This document shows, one piece after another, positions 14,459 to 27,090 of a DNA stretch of 64,000 nucleotides. The DNA lies in the NCBI GenBank assembly GCA_051294375.1, contig CM119264.1:30166529-30230528 (forward strand). Reading direction: 5' to 3'. Position numbers and translations under genes: made by a program. Below the pieces are notes generated by a model, which ran no database searches, had not been told where the DNA came from, and saw nothing but the letters and a program-made list of their open reading frames with translations. Each line of letters opens with the position of its first letter. Positions within the stretch are counted from its first letter, which is position 1. This stretch comes from Paraspadella gotoi. Its lineage: Eukaryota; Animalia; Chaetognatha.

Positions 14459-15645
14459 GAAATGTAAAATATTGTCTCGCCTCCGGTCAATCTTTTGACT
14501 TGACCTTGACCTTGACTTGACCTTGAAATGACCGATTCTTTCGGCTTTCTGGTCAACCTTCATTTGGTTTCTTTTAGCCACAGTTTTGAGAAACTGATCA
14601 TTCGCGAAGAACCAGTTACAAATTAAAATTATATTTAATTATATAAAATATAATTATAATTATAAAATTATATTTTATTTTATTATATTTAAATTTTTAA
14701 ATTATATTTACAAATTATAGTACGGCCGTCAGGAATCAAGTTTTCACAGATTCCACAGATTCCACATTTTGAACCACAATTTTCACGATTTTTTCTTTAT
14801 AAAATAGAACGTTTTCGGAATTTATACCACGTTTTCGAGAGCGCGCTCTTCTTGCTTTAAGCTTTGATCTCGCTCGGGCGCCGAATACTACCTGAAGGAT
14901 CTTTCCCAAAACGTAGCCCGCCAATTTTCCAAGCGCTCTCCCGTCGCTCCTTCTCTCTCTTCTGCTCTCTCGAATTCTGCCTCCTCATCCTTCTCTCCCT
15001 CGCTTCCTTCTCACCATCATCGCTCTCACGCACACCATTAACGCCCTCAACCGCAACCTTCGCCCCACTGCGAACGCTCTCATCACTGCTCTCTCCTGCT
15101 CTTTGTTTCAGACAAAGGACGCTCGCCCTGGCAACGCTTCTTTCTCGAATCTGTGCAGAGAGATCCCTGGTCGCCCACCTCTTTGAGGATCTAAGGAACG
15201 CCCTCGTGTATCCGCCATAAATCGTCTTACCCTATTCATACGGACCGAAACGGCCGCCTTCAAGGCGTCTCTGCGTGCTCTTCGGCGAGTGGTGCTGTTC
15301 CCATTACACCTGTGTAGGAGTTGCAAGACATCAGTGCTTGTTCCTCGCAATAGGAGTCGCGCGACAGCCGTCCGGGTTGCCCGGACGTCGAGGCCGATGA
15401 AGGACGTCCACCAAAACAGTACCGAAAGTTGTTCTCTAAAACGAAGGTACTTCCGTGATCAACGAAAGATCAGGAGCATGTATGATCGGCGACGGAGCAT
15501 ATATATTATTATGTCACCCCGATCTTGTCTATCTTCTCTAGAGTGTCGAGAAAAGAAGAGCATTGAGGAATCGGATGAGGGTTCGACGATACGGTGGGAT
15601 CAGAAGTTACGGCATGGAATAAGGAGACGGTAGAGTCCCCTCGAG

Positions 15646-16676
<1,031 letters not shown>

Positions 16677-17222
16677 TTGCAGGGTCCTGCTAGACTGAGT
16701 CAGTCTGATTAAAAGCTTGGCAGGGTCCCTGCTAGACTTAGTCTTGATTAAAACCTTGCAGGGTCCTGCTAGACTAAGTCAGTCTTGATTAAAAGCTTGC
16801 AGGGTCCTGCTAGACTGAGTCAGTCTTGATTAAAAGCTTGCAGGGCAGTCCTTAATTTACCACAGCTTGTGTTAATTCAGTGGCGAGATATCTTAATATT
16901 AGATAGTAATCATAGTATAATTAATGATAGTTTTCATATAAGTTGTACCAATTTCTTTCTTTGTTAAACTATGTGTGAGACAGCTTTTATTTTATATATA
17001 TTTTATCATATTAATGATAAACAAGAAATTAACTCTGACTTTTTTAGGCATAAAGATGTAACACACGAGCTGACTCTTTTTTCCTTTAATCTTTCGCCGC
17101 GAAGAAAATTTAAAAAGAAAAAAAAGAAAAAAAGTAAATAAGAAAAAAACAATAAATTTTTTTTTTCTTAGAAAAAAAAAATATCAAAAATTCCTGTGAA
17201 GCACGAACAATCAGAGAAAGAG

Positions 17223-17306
<84 letters not shown>

Positions 17307-17567
17307 TAAAGAATAAACAGCTTCACTCCCTAAGGTTCACGTTGCTTCCGGTTCGAGGAATATCAACAAAAAAAAGTGCGGCGGCGGCGGCGGCGGCTGC
17401 GGCGGCGGCGGCGGCGGGGGCCGTCCACCTTAGCCCTGCTGCCCCCTTAAGCTAAGCAAATATAACCACTTTCCGCTCACCTATTGCTTTTCTCCCGCCT
17501 CAGCTTGAGGCTCAAGCAACGCCACTCGAGAGGGACCATGTCGCTCCTCGTACCGTTGCTCTCTCTC

Positions 17568-17621
<54 letters not shown>

Positions 17622-18247
17622 GACAATCGCACGTATTTCCATCGCCTCGGGTCTCTTACCTCTCCGCCCTCGCCCCCCCTCCAATGCAATAACGCAGACT
17701 CAATGACTCCTCTTCTCTCTCCCCCTCCTGTTCCCCTCTTTCCTCTTCCTCCCCTCCTCCTCCTCCTCCCGCTCCTCCCCTCTTCCTCTTCCCCCTCCTC
17801 CTCTCCTCCCTCCTCCATTCTCCCCTCCCCCTATTCCTCTTCCTCCTCCTTCTTCCCCATCAGAGTCGTCGTCGTCATAACAAGAAATGAAAACAAAACA
17901 GAAAAAACAAAAGAGGCCGCGTTTTTTCGCTTCCATCGACACGATTGGTTGCCATTGCTATTGCAGCCTTCCACTTCCATCTACCCCTCCTGTATATTTT
18001 GTACATACCCTTTCTTACGTGGGCGACATGGTATCATTTCTACAAGATTTTTACATTTCTTGTAGAAAATGTTTCTTATTTTCTACGCCCCGCAAGGTCG
18101 AGCGTTCGAGGTAGCGGCCGTCCGAGGAGCAGTTTTAACGTAAGTCCGCAAATTCTTTCTGTCTAAATCTTGAGAGTGGAGATAAATCTTGAGAGTGAAA
18201 TAATCTTGAGAGTGGAAATAAANNNNNNNNNNNNNNNNNNNNNNNNN

Positions 18248-18880
18248 AGCTTGCGGGTCCTGAATAGACTGAGTCAGACTGCATATAAAAACTTCAGGTC
18301 CTGCCTAGAATTCAGTTCTTATTAAAACTTGCAGGGTCTGCTATGACTGAGTCAGATCTGGATTAAAAGCTGGATGTGGTCCTGCTCAGACTGAGTCAGC
18401 TTGATTAAAAAGTTGTAGGGTTCTGCTAGACGGTCAGTCTTGATTAAAAGCTGCAGGCGTCCGCTAGAACTGAGTAGATTCTGTGATTAAAACTTGCAGT
18501 GGTCCTGCATAGACTGAGGCATCTTGATTAAAGCTTTGCATGGTCCTGCCAGACTGAGTCAGTCCTTGATTTAAAAAGCTTCAGTGGTCTGCTAGACTGA
18601 GTCAGACTTGATTAAAAAGCTTGCAGGGTCCTGCTAAACTGGTCAGTTTTGATTAAAAGCTTTCCCAGGGTCCTGCCAGACTGAGTCAGATCTTGATTAA
18701 AAACTTGCAGTGGTCCTGCCAGACTGAGTCAGTCTTGATTAAAAGCTTTGCAGGGTCCTGCTAGACTGAGTCGACGTCTAAAAACGTTGCAGGGTCCTGC
18801 TAGACTTGAGTCAGTCTTGATTAAAACTTGCAGTGGTCCTGCTAGCTGAGTCAGTCTTGATTAAAAGCTTGCAGGGATCC
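18248..18880. repeat. 41-bp minisatellite, same unit as 16608-16850
   Basis: About 15 noisy copies following a 25-N gap. The downstream 18880-19143 directly repeats 16850-17125. Confidence 0.9.
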
Positions 18881-19256
18881 TTATTTTCCACAGCTTGTGT
18901 TAATTCAGTGGCGAGATATCTTAATATTAGATAGTAATCATAGTATATTAAATGATAGTTTTCATATAAGTTGTACCAATTTCTTTCATTTGTTAAACTA
19001 TGTGTGAGACAAGCTTTAGTATAATACCTCATATTTTAATGACTAAAACAAGAAATTAACTCTGACTTTTTTAGCATAAAGATGTAACACAGAGTGACTC
19101 TTTTTTCCTTTAATTCTTTCGCCGCGAAAAAATTTAAAAGAAACAAGTAGCAACAAAAACAGTAGTAGGATACTGCAAGCGTAGATGTTTTTACTTTATT
19201 ACTAGATGAATAATTAATATATCTATTTTGTTAATGAGCATAATCTCTCCTTTGTT

Positions 19257-19808
19257 CAAGCTTTTAATCAAGACTGACTTAGTCTAGCAGGACCCTCCAA
19301 GCTTTTAATCAAGTCTGACTCAGTCTTGCCTATTCAATCCCACAGCATTTAGATTTCCTATCAATGAAGTGGTATGATATTCTTTTGCAAAGTTTCAATC
19401 GTTAATTAAAACACATCTGAAAGATATGTACGTATTCATGATTTTTTCAAAAAGGAACGACGATGACGACGACGACAAAAACAACGACTAAGATTGTCGC
19501 TTCGCCGTATTTTTTCTACTCTTTGTTTACCTTCAGTTGAATAGGGAAATCTTTACAAATTCATCTCTCGCTCTCTTTATCTCTTGCCTAAGGGGAAAAA
19601 GCTTTCTCGCATATTCATACAAAAATTGAAAAATTAAAGTAAAAGATAACAAAATAAACAAAATGCATACAATACAATGTACATTTTACAATAACAAAAC
19701 AAAAAAACGAGAGAATATAAAAAAGAAAGAAAAAAAAAGAAACATAAGTGGCAGTGTTTTGACTCCCTGTTTATACATGCATCACCATGGATTGCTGACC
19801 GGCAATGA

Positions 19809-19847
<39 letters not shown>

Positions 19848-19866
19848 GTCTCTCATCTTTCTTATC

Positions 19867-19914
<48 letters not shown>

Positions 19915-20275
19915 GGCAGATTTACTTCCGGTTTGTTGATCATAATGGACAAACCAAGTCCTAAATGTAGATACATGAAGCCGGAAATTGCCTGTTGGCG
20001 CCTCCGGTCATGGGTTTGTGACTCTCTCTCCCTCGGTCTGTCTCTGTCTCTCTCTGTGTGTCTTTCTTCCTCTTTCTCTCTCTTTTCTCTTTCTCACTTC
20101 TCAGCTTTGTCTGTCTGTCTTTCTGTCTGCTTGTCCGTCTTTCTCTTTCTTTCTTTTTTTCCTTTTCTCTTCTCTTCTCTTCTCTTCTCTTCTTCTCTCT
20201 CTCTCTTTCTCTCTCTCTTTCAGTCAACGTGTCCGTCAGTCTCTCTCACTCACTCTCACCCCGTCATTTTTCCCC
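19257..20275. repeat. Right arm of the inverted duplication of 15646-16676
   Basis: Reverse-complement match, including two inverted units of the 41-bp minisatellite. Confidence 0.9.
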
Positions 20276-20541
20276 GACCGACTCTCTTTTCCATCCTAAC
20301 ATGACATGACATGACATTCCTCGACATTAAATGACTACATATAAAGCTTCCGTCATTGTAGTACCTTTTTACATTTTGGGCCCTCATCGTCTCGGAGCTA
20401 AAATGGGCTTCGAGTCTTGATCCTCCAGGGAAGGATGAATAGCGGAAGAGGATTTATGGGGGATAACGAGGGTTTTAACTTGAGAACAAGAGAGAGACAG
20501 AGAGGGAGAGGGTGGGAGAGAGAGAGGGAGAGAGGGAGAGA

Positions 20542-20584
<43 letters not shown>

Positions 20585-20911
20585 AGTTATAAAAGAAAGA
20601 GAGCGAAAGAAAGAAAGTCAGAAAGAGAGAATGAAAGATAGAAAGGGAGAAAGTTAGACAGAGAGCGAGCGCAGAAACGATGGCGGGTCAGAGCGAAAAC
20701 GTCGTTAGGCGATAACCAGGAACTTTAACCCTTTTATGTGCATCTGGTAGAAAGCTGAAAAAAAGCAAAAAGAAAGCAGAAAAAAGCAGAGAAAAATCGG
20801 AACACAAGTGGAAGAAAAGCAAAGTGAGAAAGGGCATTTTTCTTACTCGTGGAATAAAAGTAAAATTCGTGAAAGCTAAATAAAGCGTAATGAAAAAAAG
20901 ACATTGCTCAA

Positions 20912-21394
20912 TGTACTTTGACTTGGGGCTAGAATTTTATTCATCTAAGTTACTGCAAAATAAAGGAAATTACCAGTGACAATTACAAATAAACGCATAT
21001 ATACAGCAATTTTTGCTATTAATTTTACAATTTGGTGAATTAATATAGGTTTCTTAATTAATTTTACTGAAGTCGGTAGAGCACATCCTCGGGGTTTATT
21101 CGTGGTTAAATGTTCGAGCAACAAAATTGGGCGCCACTGAAGAAGAAGACCTATATCGCAACGGTAGTGTTTATTGAAGAAAAGTCCCTGGCCGGAATAG
21201 TATTAGAAAAGAAGGAAGTTAGTAGAACTCGAGAAACGCGGAGACTGGACTAAAAAGGGACGGATCCTCGGGAGAGGGAGGGGAAGAGGAGGATGAGGAT
21301 CGAGTTTTAATTTTAATTTTAATGGTCAAAATAAAAAATGGAAAGCAAGTTTAAAAAAAAATTAAGTTGCATTAATTTGTCATAGTAAAGTACA
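20912..21394 (-). mobile_element. Possible solo LTR
   Basis: 8-bp inverted termini TGTACTTT...AAAGTACA; on the minus strand a TATATA at ~21000 and an AATAAA at ~20940. No matching TSD was found. Confidence 0.3.
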
Positions 21395-21429
21395 ATAATC
21401 TACAAAAATAAGTTCTTTTTATACTTATG

Positions 21430-24400
21430 TCATTCACAAGCATGCAGAAGCAAAACAATAGTAGGAATTAACAAATATACTATACATGATTCAGCTTTGA
21501 AATCAGGAACATAAAAATAACAAAATCCATCTTTAGTGTGATCGGACTCTAATATATTTTTTTTAACTCCATCTACATAGTTTTTTAGGAGCTGAAAAAG
21601 GCAAAAATAAAAACTTGAAATCAGCAAAATCCAAATGGTTTTATAGAAAAACCTATTATGTTGAGATTTACCTTTTAATAAAAACAATGGATTAAATACA
21701 GGTAAAAACGATACGCTCATAAAAAAGAAAAAACTTCTGTTGAAATTAGAGACCCGCCAGTCGGGAAATGTTTCTTTGATCCTATTTTGTGTCGCAGAAG
21801 ACCTTACAATAGCTTTACTAAGCATATCCAAAGACTCGAAATCCAATGACTTCTGAGTTGCAGTTTTTTGAAAAAACCAAAATGTGATAGCAGGAAAAAA
21901 AACAGAAAATACTGAAATCATATAAGCTAAGAAAAATAGCTTTGATTCATAAACCATATTTACTAAAACTTTCTGCTCTCCAATTAATAGTATCAATAAA
22001 ATTGTTAGCGGGTAAAAATAAATTGACAAGGTCCGGTCAGGTTCAGCTACTTGTGAATCTAAAAATGTCATTGCTGCAAAAAAAACCAGAGATTCTAAAG
22101 ATAAAATAAAGTTTAACAGACGTTTTTTTAGAAATAACAAAAAACTAAGATCAATCAAAAATAATATTATTTCTATAGTAATTGTTAACAAAATTGTTTT
22201 CTTCGTAATGTTGAAAAGAGCACTATTTCCTGAAAGTACATCGCACCCAGAGAGAAGATCACCGAAAAATGCCATATCTTGGGAAAATTAAGTACTGAAA
22301 ATGGATTCAAAATTTAATCTAATGACTTTTTTTGTGAATTTGTTTAATCCCATGCGATTTAGTTTGAAACTTATGGCCATTTATGAGATCCGCCAGTCTT
22401 CAACGCAACAGTCTAGAAAAAGACAAAATAAAATATATCGACTTTTTAACCAATTATGGTGTTCAGAGAAAAAACAAATGAATGATGCAATTCAAGCGCA
22501 TGGCATTCTTATCATTCGCGCTTAGTTTAAAAAAGGGGCCTTTTTAATTTTTTTCGAGGACAGACCACAATAATTGTANNNNNNNNNNNNNNNNNNNNNN
22601 NNNNNNNNNNNNNNNNNNNNNNNNNNNNNNNNNNNNNNNNNNNNNNNNNNNNNNNNNNNNNNNNNNNNNNNNNNNNNNATTAAATTAATGAATAAAGAAG
22701 TGAAATTTAGATGAAATGAAAATAAAGATGTTGAGGGATCGGTAAGTGAAAGAGTAAGTGAAAAATAAGAAAAAGAAAAAGCTCAAAAGCCCCCCGGGGT
22801 CAACAATGGGGGATGCTGACGATGTAAAATATTAAAGCCTAATAAAAACTCGTATGAAAATTGAGCGTTATTTCCCTTTGAATCATTAGAGACTTTAAAA
22901 ATTCTGAATACGCAAAAAAATGTTTTTTAATTTTCATAACAAAAATTCTGTAATAAAACATACAGCAGAAAATGTAGTGATTGTAATTTGTAAACTTTTT
23001 TCAGATTTACTATTCCAAATTTGATTTTGTGAAAATTGTAAGAGTAGTTATTTTACTAAGTATTTTAAACTTTTTAAAAAGTATCAACGTTAAATATATT
23101 ATATAATACAGATTAGTATTTAATATTCAACATAACATTTTTATATAACAATTACTTTGTTAAAGAGTTTAAATGATTTTTACTGAATTGAGCCCTGACC
23201 TTTTATTTTGGAAGGCTCAAATATCTGAATTTGAAGTTTAAACAAAATTATTGGAGTCATTCAATTAAAGCCTCTAATTGGTTGATTTTATACATTGAAT
23301 TTGAATAACTGGGCTCTCATTGGTTATATAACTAGTAGATGTTTTGATTTTATTCTCAAATGTGAACTCTCCTCTCATTGGTTGTTATAATGTCTATATA
23401 AAAGGAGAGTAAATTCTTAATTTTTGGGAGATTCCTCTGAGACCATCAGTTATTAAATGATATTTGTGAAATTACTTGAATATGTTAATTAATTTCAAGC
23501 TTCATGTAGCTTTGAGCTGTTGCTGCGTCTCGGCGCTGCTGCTACTGCTGCTGCATCTTGGCTCTGTCATGCTGATGCACGTCTCTCAATGATTATTGGA
23601 TATTGAATACTTAATACAGTTATTATTCTATATTTATCTTTTGATATATGGATGAATTAATTAAGAGATTAAGCACTGCTCAAACAATGTTCTCATCCCA
23701 AGGAATCTTCTTCATACTTAATGCTTATAAGTTATAATGTTTTTGTTACTGCTTTGTATACAATTCAAAAAACATTGCTGGTTTGTTTCTTAGTCTACTA
23801 GGCTGAATGGCATAATAATTTGTTACTTTAGTAGAGGACAAAATAACCAATCTGTCAATTTAGATACCTTTATCATTGTAACTAGATCAGGTTATTTTTA
23901 ATCGCGCGAACAATCACTTCCACAGCTAGAAAAACGAAGCAAACACAGCTACTCCAACCACAATCACTAAAATCATCCACGACCTGCACAACACAATAAC
24001 GACCATAACTACCATAATGACCACAACCCTGATAACTACCATAACTATCATGTCGATTGTCGATCACTCACTGTAATGATCATAAATTCTGTAAAAACCA
24101 CAACCACCATAATGACCACAGAAGTAAAATAAAAGTTAAGTTTATATTTTACTAAGATTTTTATTTAATTTATTATTATTAAATTGTAAAAATATGTTTG
24201 CTAAAACTTGTTGACCTAAAAGATTTAACAGATTCATGATGATGGTCATTCTGAGTTAAGAGTTAAAATATCTTACCTGGACTAATGTCATGATAATTCA
24301 CCGATTTATCATATAGCATTGCTCATCACTTTTGACTGTAATGATATAAAAAAGTGATGCAGATTGTAAAAGCATCTGGAAAAAGGATTCTAACAAAACA

Positions 24401-24782
24401 TGAATGGAGTTGTCACAAACAAAATATTTTCTTTATAGACCAAAAATGGTTTTGATTGTACTGTTTGGGACGATTTCAAATCAATAGTTAATGGAATAGT
24501 TCCTAATCCAATGAAGAAAGAAACCATGGTTAATAATTTTTGTGTTGAAGATTTCCATATTTTTAGGGAAAAGATAACCATATTTTTAAAAATAATTATT
24601 CCATAAACCATTGATACCAGATTATGAATCAACATGATTGTCATAAATACTAGTCCAATCACTTTCAAAATAAAATCTCTTGAGGTTAGATGATTCAACA
24701 TAGTTTTAAAATCAGTGACAACATCGGCGACACCAAGAACCGTTCCAGCTAACAATTCAAAAGTTTGTAGATCAATCATTTT
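21430..24782 (-). pseudogene. XK-related (XKR scramblase-like) multi-pass membrane protein, two exons, disrupted (pseudogene or sequencing errors)
   Basis: Exon 1 (~24782-24277) encodes LGVADVVTD and, after a frameshift, HVLLESFFQMLLQ. These resemble the XK-family DxxTD and ExxPQxxLQ motifs. Donor CAG|GTAAGA at 24277; acceptor TTTTCTAG| at 22412. Exon 2 runs into the hydrophobic 281-aa ORF (22275-21430) but has two in-frame TAA codons upstream of it. Confidence 0.5.
22679..22880 (-). mobile_element. Remnant related to the hammerhead-bearing Penelope-like elements
   Basis: Shares the AAAGCTCAAAA..GCCCCCC motif and the GTGAAA-rich segment with 25490-25522 and 26830-26880; truncated by the 100-N gap. 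Confidence 0.35.
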
Positions 24783-25103
24783 TCCAACTTTAACCAATAT
24801 CAATCTGCGAATAAAGAAAGAAGAAAACATTTCAAATTCTAAATTATAATAATAATAAAAAATAATAAAAATAATAATAATGTTTATATTGGTTGTACCA
24901 ATTTCATATTATATAACTAGAAAAATAAATGATCTAATTTAATTAATGTATAAAATGTTTCAAATTTCACATCATTTTGCATCCAATTGTATTTATATCC
25001 TGAGCGCCTATGATTAGAGAATAATCCTTTCTTTTCGTTGTCGTTTAATATTGAGAAAAAAGCAAAGTGTTTTAGAATTTGTTACAACGATTTTATTTTT
25101 AAT

Positions 25104-25147
25104 ATACGGACATGTTTCGGCTTGTGTTTCAAGCCTTCATCAGCATG
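25104..25147 (-). ncRNA. Minimal type-I hammerhead ribozyme (A-left)
   Basis: Minus strand reads CAUG-CUGAUGA-A-GGCUUG-aaaca-CAAGCC-GAAAC-AU-GUC^CGUAU: intact core, 6-bp stem II, palindromic ACAUGU in place of stem III and a GUC cleavage triplet. Stem I is short (3 bp) because of the adjacent deletion. Confidence 0.8.
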
Positions 25148-25227
25148 AGACAGGATAGTGGTCAGATGTGAGGACAGGTTGAAGGTGAGGACAGAATGAG
25201 TTAGTTGTGAAAAGAAGTGAAACTTGT

Positions 25228-25274
<47 letters not shown>

Positions 25275-25829
25275 CAGGGATAAATAAATGATAAAGATAC
25301 ATTTTTGCTATTTACAACAAAGATAAAAGAGTTTGAAAAACTAAATATTGGTAAAATTTAACAGTTAACTAGTGAGTAAATAAGCAATAAGCTAAGGGAT
25401 AGTTAAGTGAAATTTAAAATTTGAAATGTGAAAGAAAGTAATTTATAGTTTTAGGTGATAATTAAGAGACTAAGAAAGTGAAATTAAAGGAAAAGGAAGA
25501 GCTCAAAATAAGCTGGCCCCCCTTGTTTTATGCAAATGAAGGACAAGGACGATGATGAGGGGTCATTGGCGTGTCAGTGGCTGAGAAAAGAGTGCGACCA
25601 AACTGGTGAATGCCGCATTGGGGATCGATCATTGCGGAAAGATCCCCAGGGCCACTCTTATGTCTCTTTGGCCTGATACGCCTGCCGGCTGCCCTCTTCT
25701 CGCCTGCTGGCGAGGCGGGCGGTTGTCCGTTCTTGCCGCTTTTGCAAGAGGAGTGACGGATTCCTCTCCCTCCTCCTGAATCGTCACATCTGACCACTAT
25801 ACTGTCTCACCACTTTGTTGGAAATCTTT

Positions 25830-25872
<43 letters not shown>

Positions 25873-25904
25873 TCTTCTTTTGCACAACTTTTTCAATGAT
25901 TGTC

Positions 25905-25940
25905 AAACGCTGATGAAGGCTTGAAACTCAACTCGATTAA
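25905..25940 (+). ncRNA. Decayed hammerhead ribozyme (A-right)
   Basis: AAACG-CUGAUGA-A-GGCUUG-aaacu-CAACUC-GA, after which the AACAUGUCCGUA segment is missing relative to A-left; predicted inactive. Confidence 0.6.
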
Positions 25941-26376
25941 AAATAAAATCGTTGTAACAAATTCTAAAACATTTTGCTTTTCTCTAAATATTACTCTTAA
26001 AATTTTTTTACGGATTGTTATAATAGGAAAATTCATGTATGTTTTATTGGTAACCCGCTAATAAATTAACATGTTTTCTTAATATTGTAATATGCAAATG
26101 AGATTCAGCGTCTTTAGGAAAGAAAAATAATGACAAAAAAATTTTTAAAAAAATTTAAAAGAAAAGAAGGAACCGGTACGTTCAATATTGTAGTGACTTT
26201 TTTATGTGTCAGCATTTTCAAATGAGCAAGTATGAAACGGATACAAAATGAGCATCTTATAGTTAACCTCTTATCTGTAAAGTATTAAGTAAAAAAAATA
26301 TTGTATTATTTTCTCTCTTTTCGTTGCTAAGTGAATATTAGGAATTGTTTATTGTTTGCCAATACAACGATTTTTA

Positions 26377-26431
26377 TTTTCATAGTACATGTTTCGACTC
26401 TGTTGATTCGAGTCTTCATCAGCTTTGAAAA
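26377..26431 (-). ncRNA. Minimal type-I hammerhead ribozyme (B-left)
   Basis: Minus strand reads UUUUCAAAG-CUGAUGA-A-GACUC-gaaucaaca-GAGUC-GAAAC-AU-GUA^CUAUGAAAA; stem I pairs at 8 of 9 positions and stem II is 5 bp. Confidence 0.85.
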
Positions 26432-26461
26432 ACATTATAAAAAATGCTCTACACATTAAGT

Positions 26462-26530
<69 letters not shown>

Positions 26531-26645
26531 TGAGAGAGATTGAGGGAGAGTTTCCAACAAAGGGCTGAGTAAAGGACAGTGGCCAGATGAGAGGACAGGT
26601 GAAGGTAAGAACAGAGAAGAAGATAATTTTGAAATGGTGAAAAGT

Positions 26646-26687
<42 letters not shown>

Positions 26688-26921
26688 ATTACATTTGACA
26701 ATGTACAACAAAGATAAATTTAGAAAAACTTAGAAATAAGCTGAGATTTTGAATTAACAAAAGTTAAATAAGTAATAATGATGAAAAATGAAATGGAGGA
26801 ATAGGTGGTGAGGGATAGATAAGTTAATAGTTAAGTGAAATATAAAAGAGAAGAAAGAGCTCAAAATGAGCTGGCCCCCCCTTTACTCAGCCCTTTGTTG
26901 GAAACTCTCCCTCAATCTCTC

Positions 26922-27005
<84 letters not shown>

Positions 27006-27035
27006 ACTTAATGTGTAGAGCATTTTTGATAATGT

Positions 27036-27090
27036 TTTTCAAAGCTGATGAAGACTCGAATCAACAGAGTCGAAACATGTACTATGAAAA
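27036..27090 (+). ncRNA. Minimal type-I hammerhead ribozyme (B-right)
   Basis: CTGATGA at 27045-27051, stem II GACTC/GAGTC, GAAA at 27072-27075, ACATGT palindrome, GUA triplet with predicted cleavage after 27081, stem I TTTTCAAAG/CTATGAAAA. Identical to B-left. Confidence 0.85.

Larger units (their letters stand above)
25046..25993. mobile_element. Fold-back non-autonomous Penelope-like element A (inverted pLTR-like ends with hammerheads)
   Basis: 25046-25171 is the reverse complement of 25787-25993, with an internal deletion in the left arm. A hammerhead core is present in each arm. The internal segment is homologous to element B. Confidence 0.7.

Noticed and set aside
14872-14884. PBS-like GGCGCCCGAGC on the minus strand
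   Set aside because: Lacks TGG and an adjacent LTR end; lies within an open frame.
18248-18880. 41-bp repeat as a CRISPR array
   Set aside because: Head-to-tail units with no unique spacers; the variation is indel noise.
21127-21137. PBS-like TGGCGCCCAA on the minus strand
   Set aside because: No gag/pol follows, and it lies inside the putative solo LTR; a 10-bp match is insufficient.
22300-22385. In-frame TAA codons as evidence for an alternative genetic code
   Set aside because: The same gene also has frameshifts, so decay or sequencing error explains them more simply.
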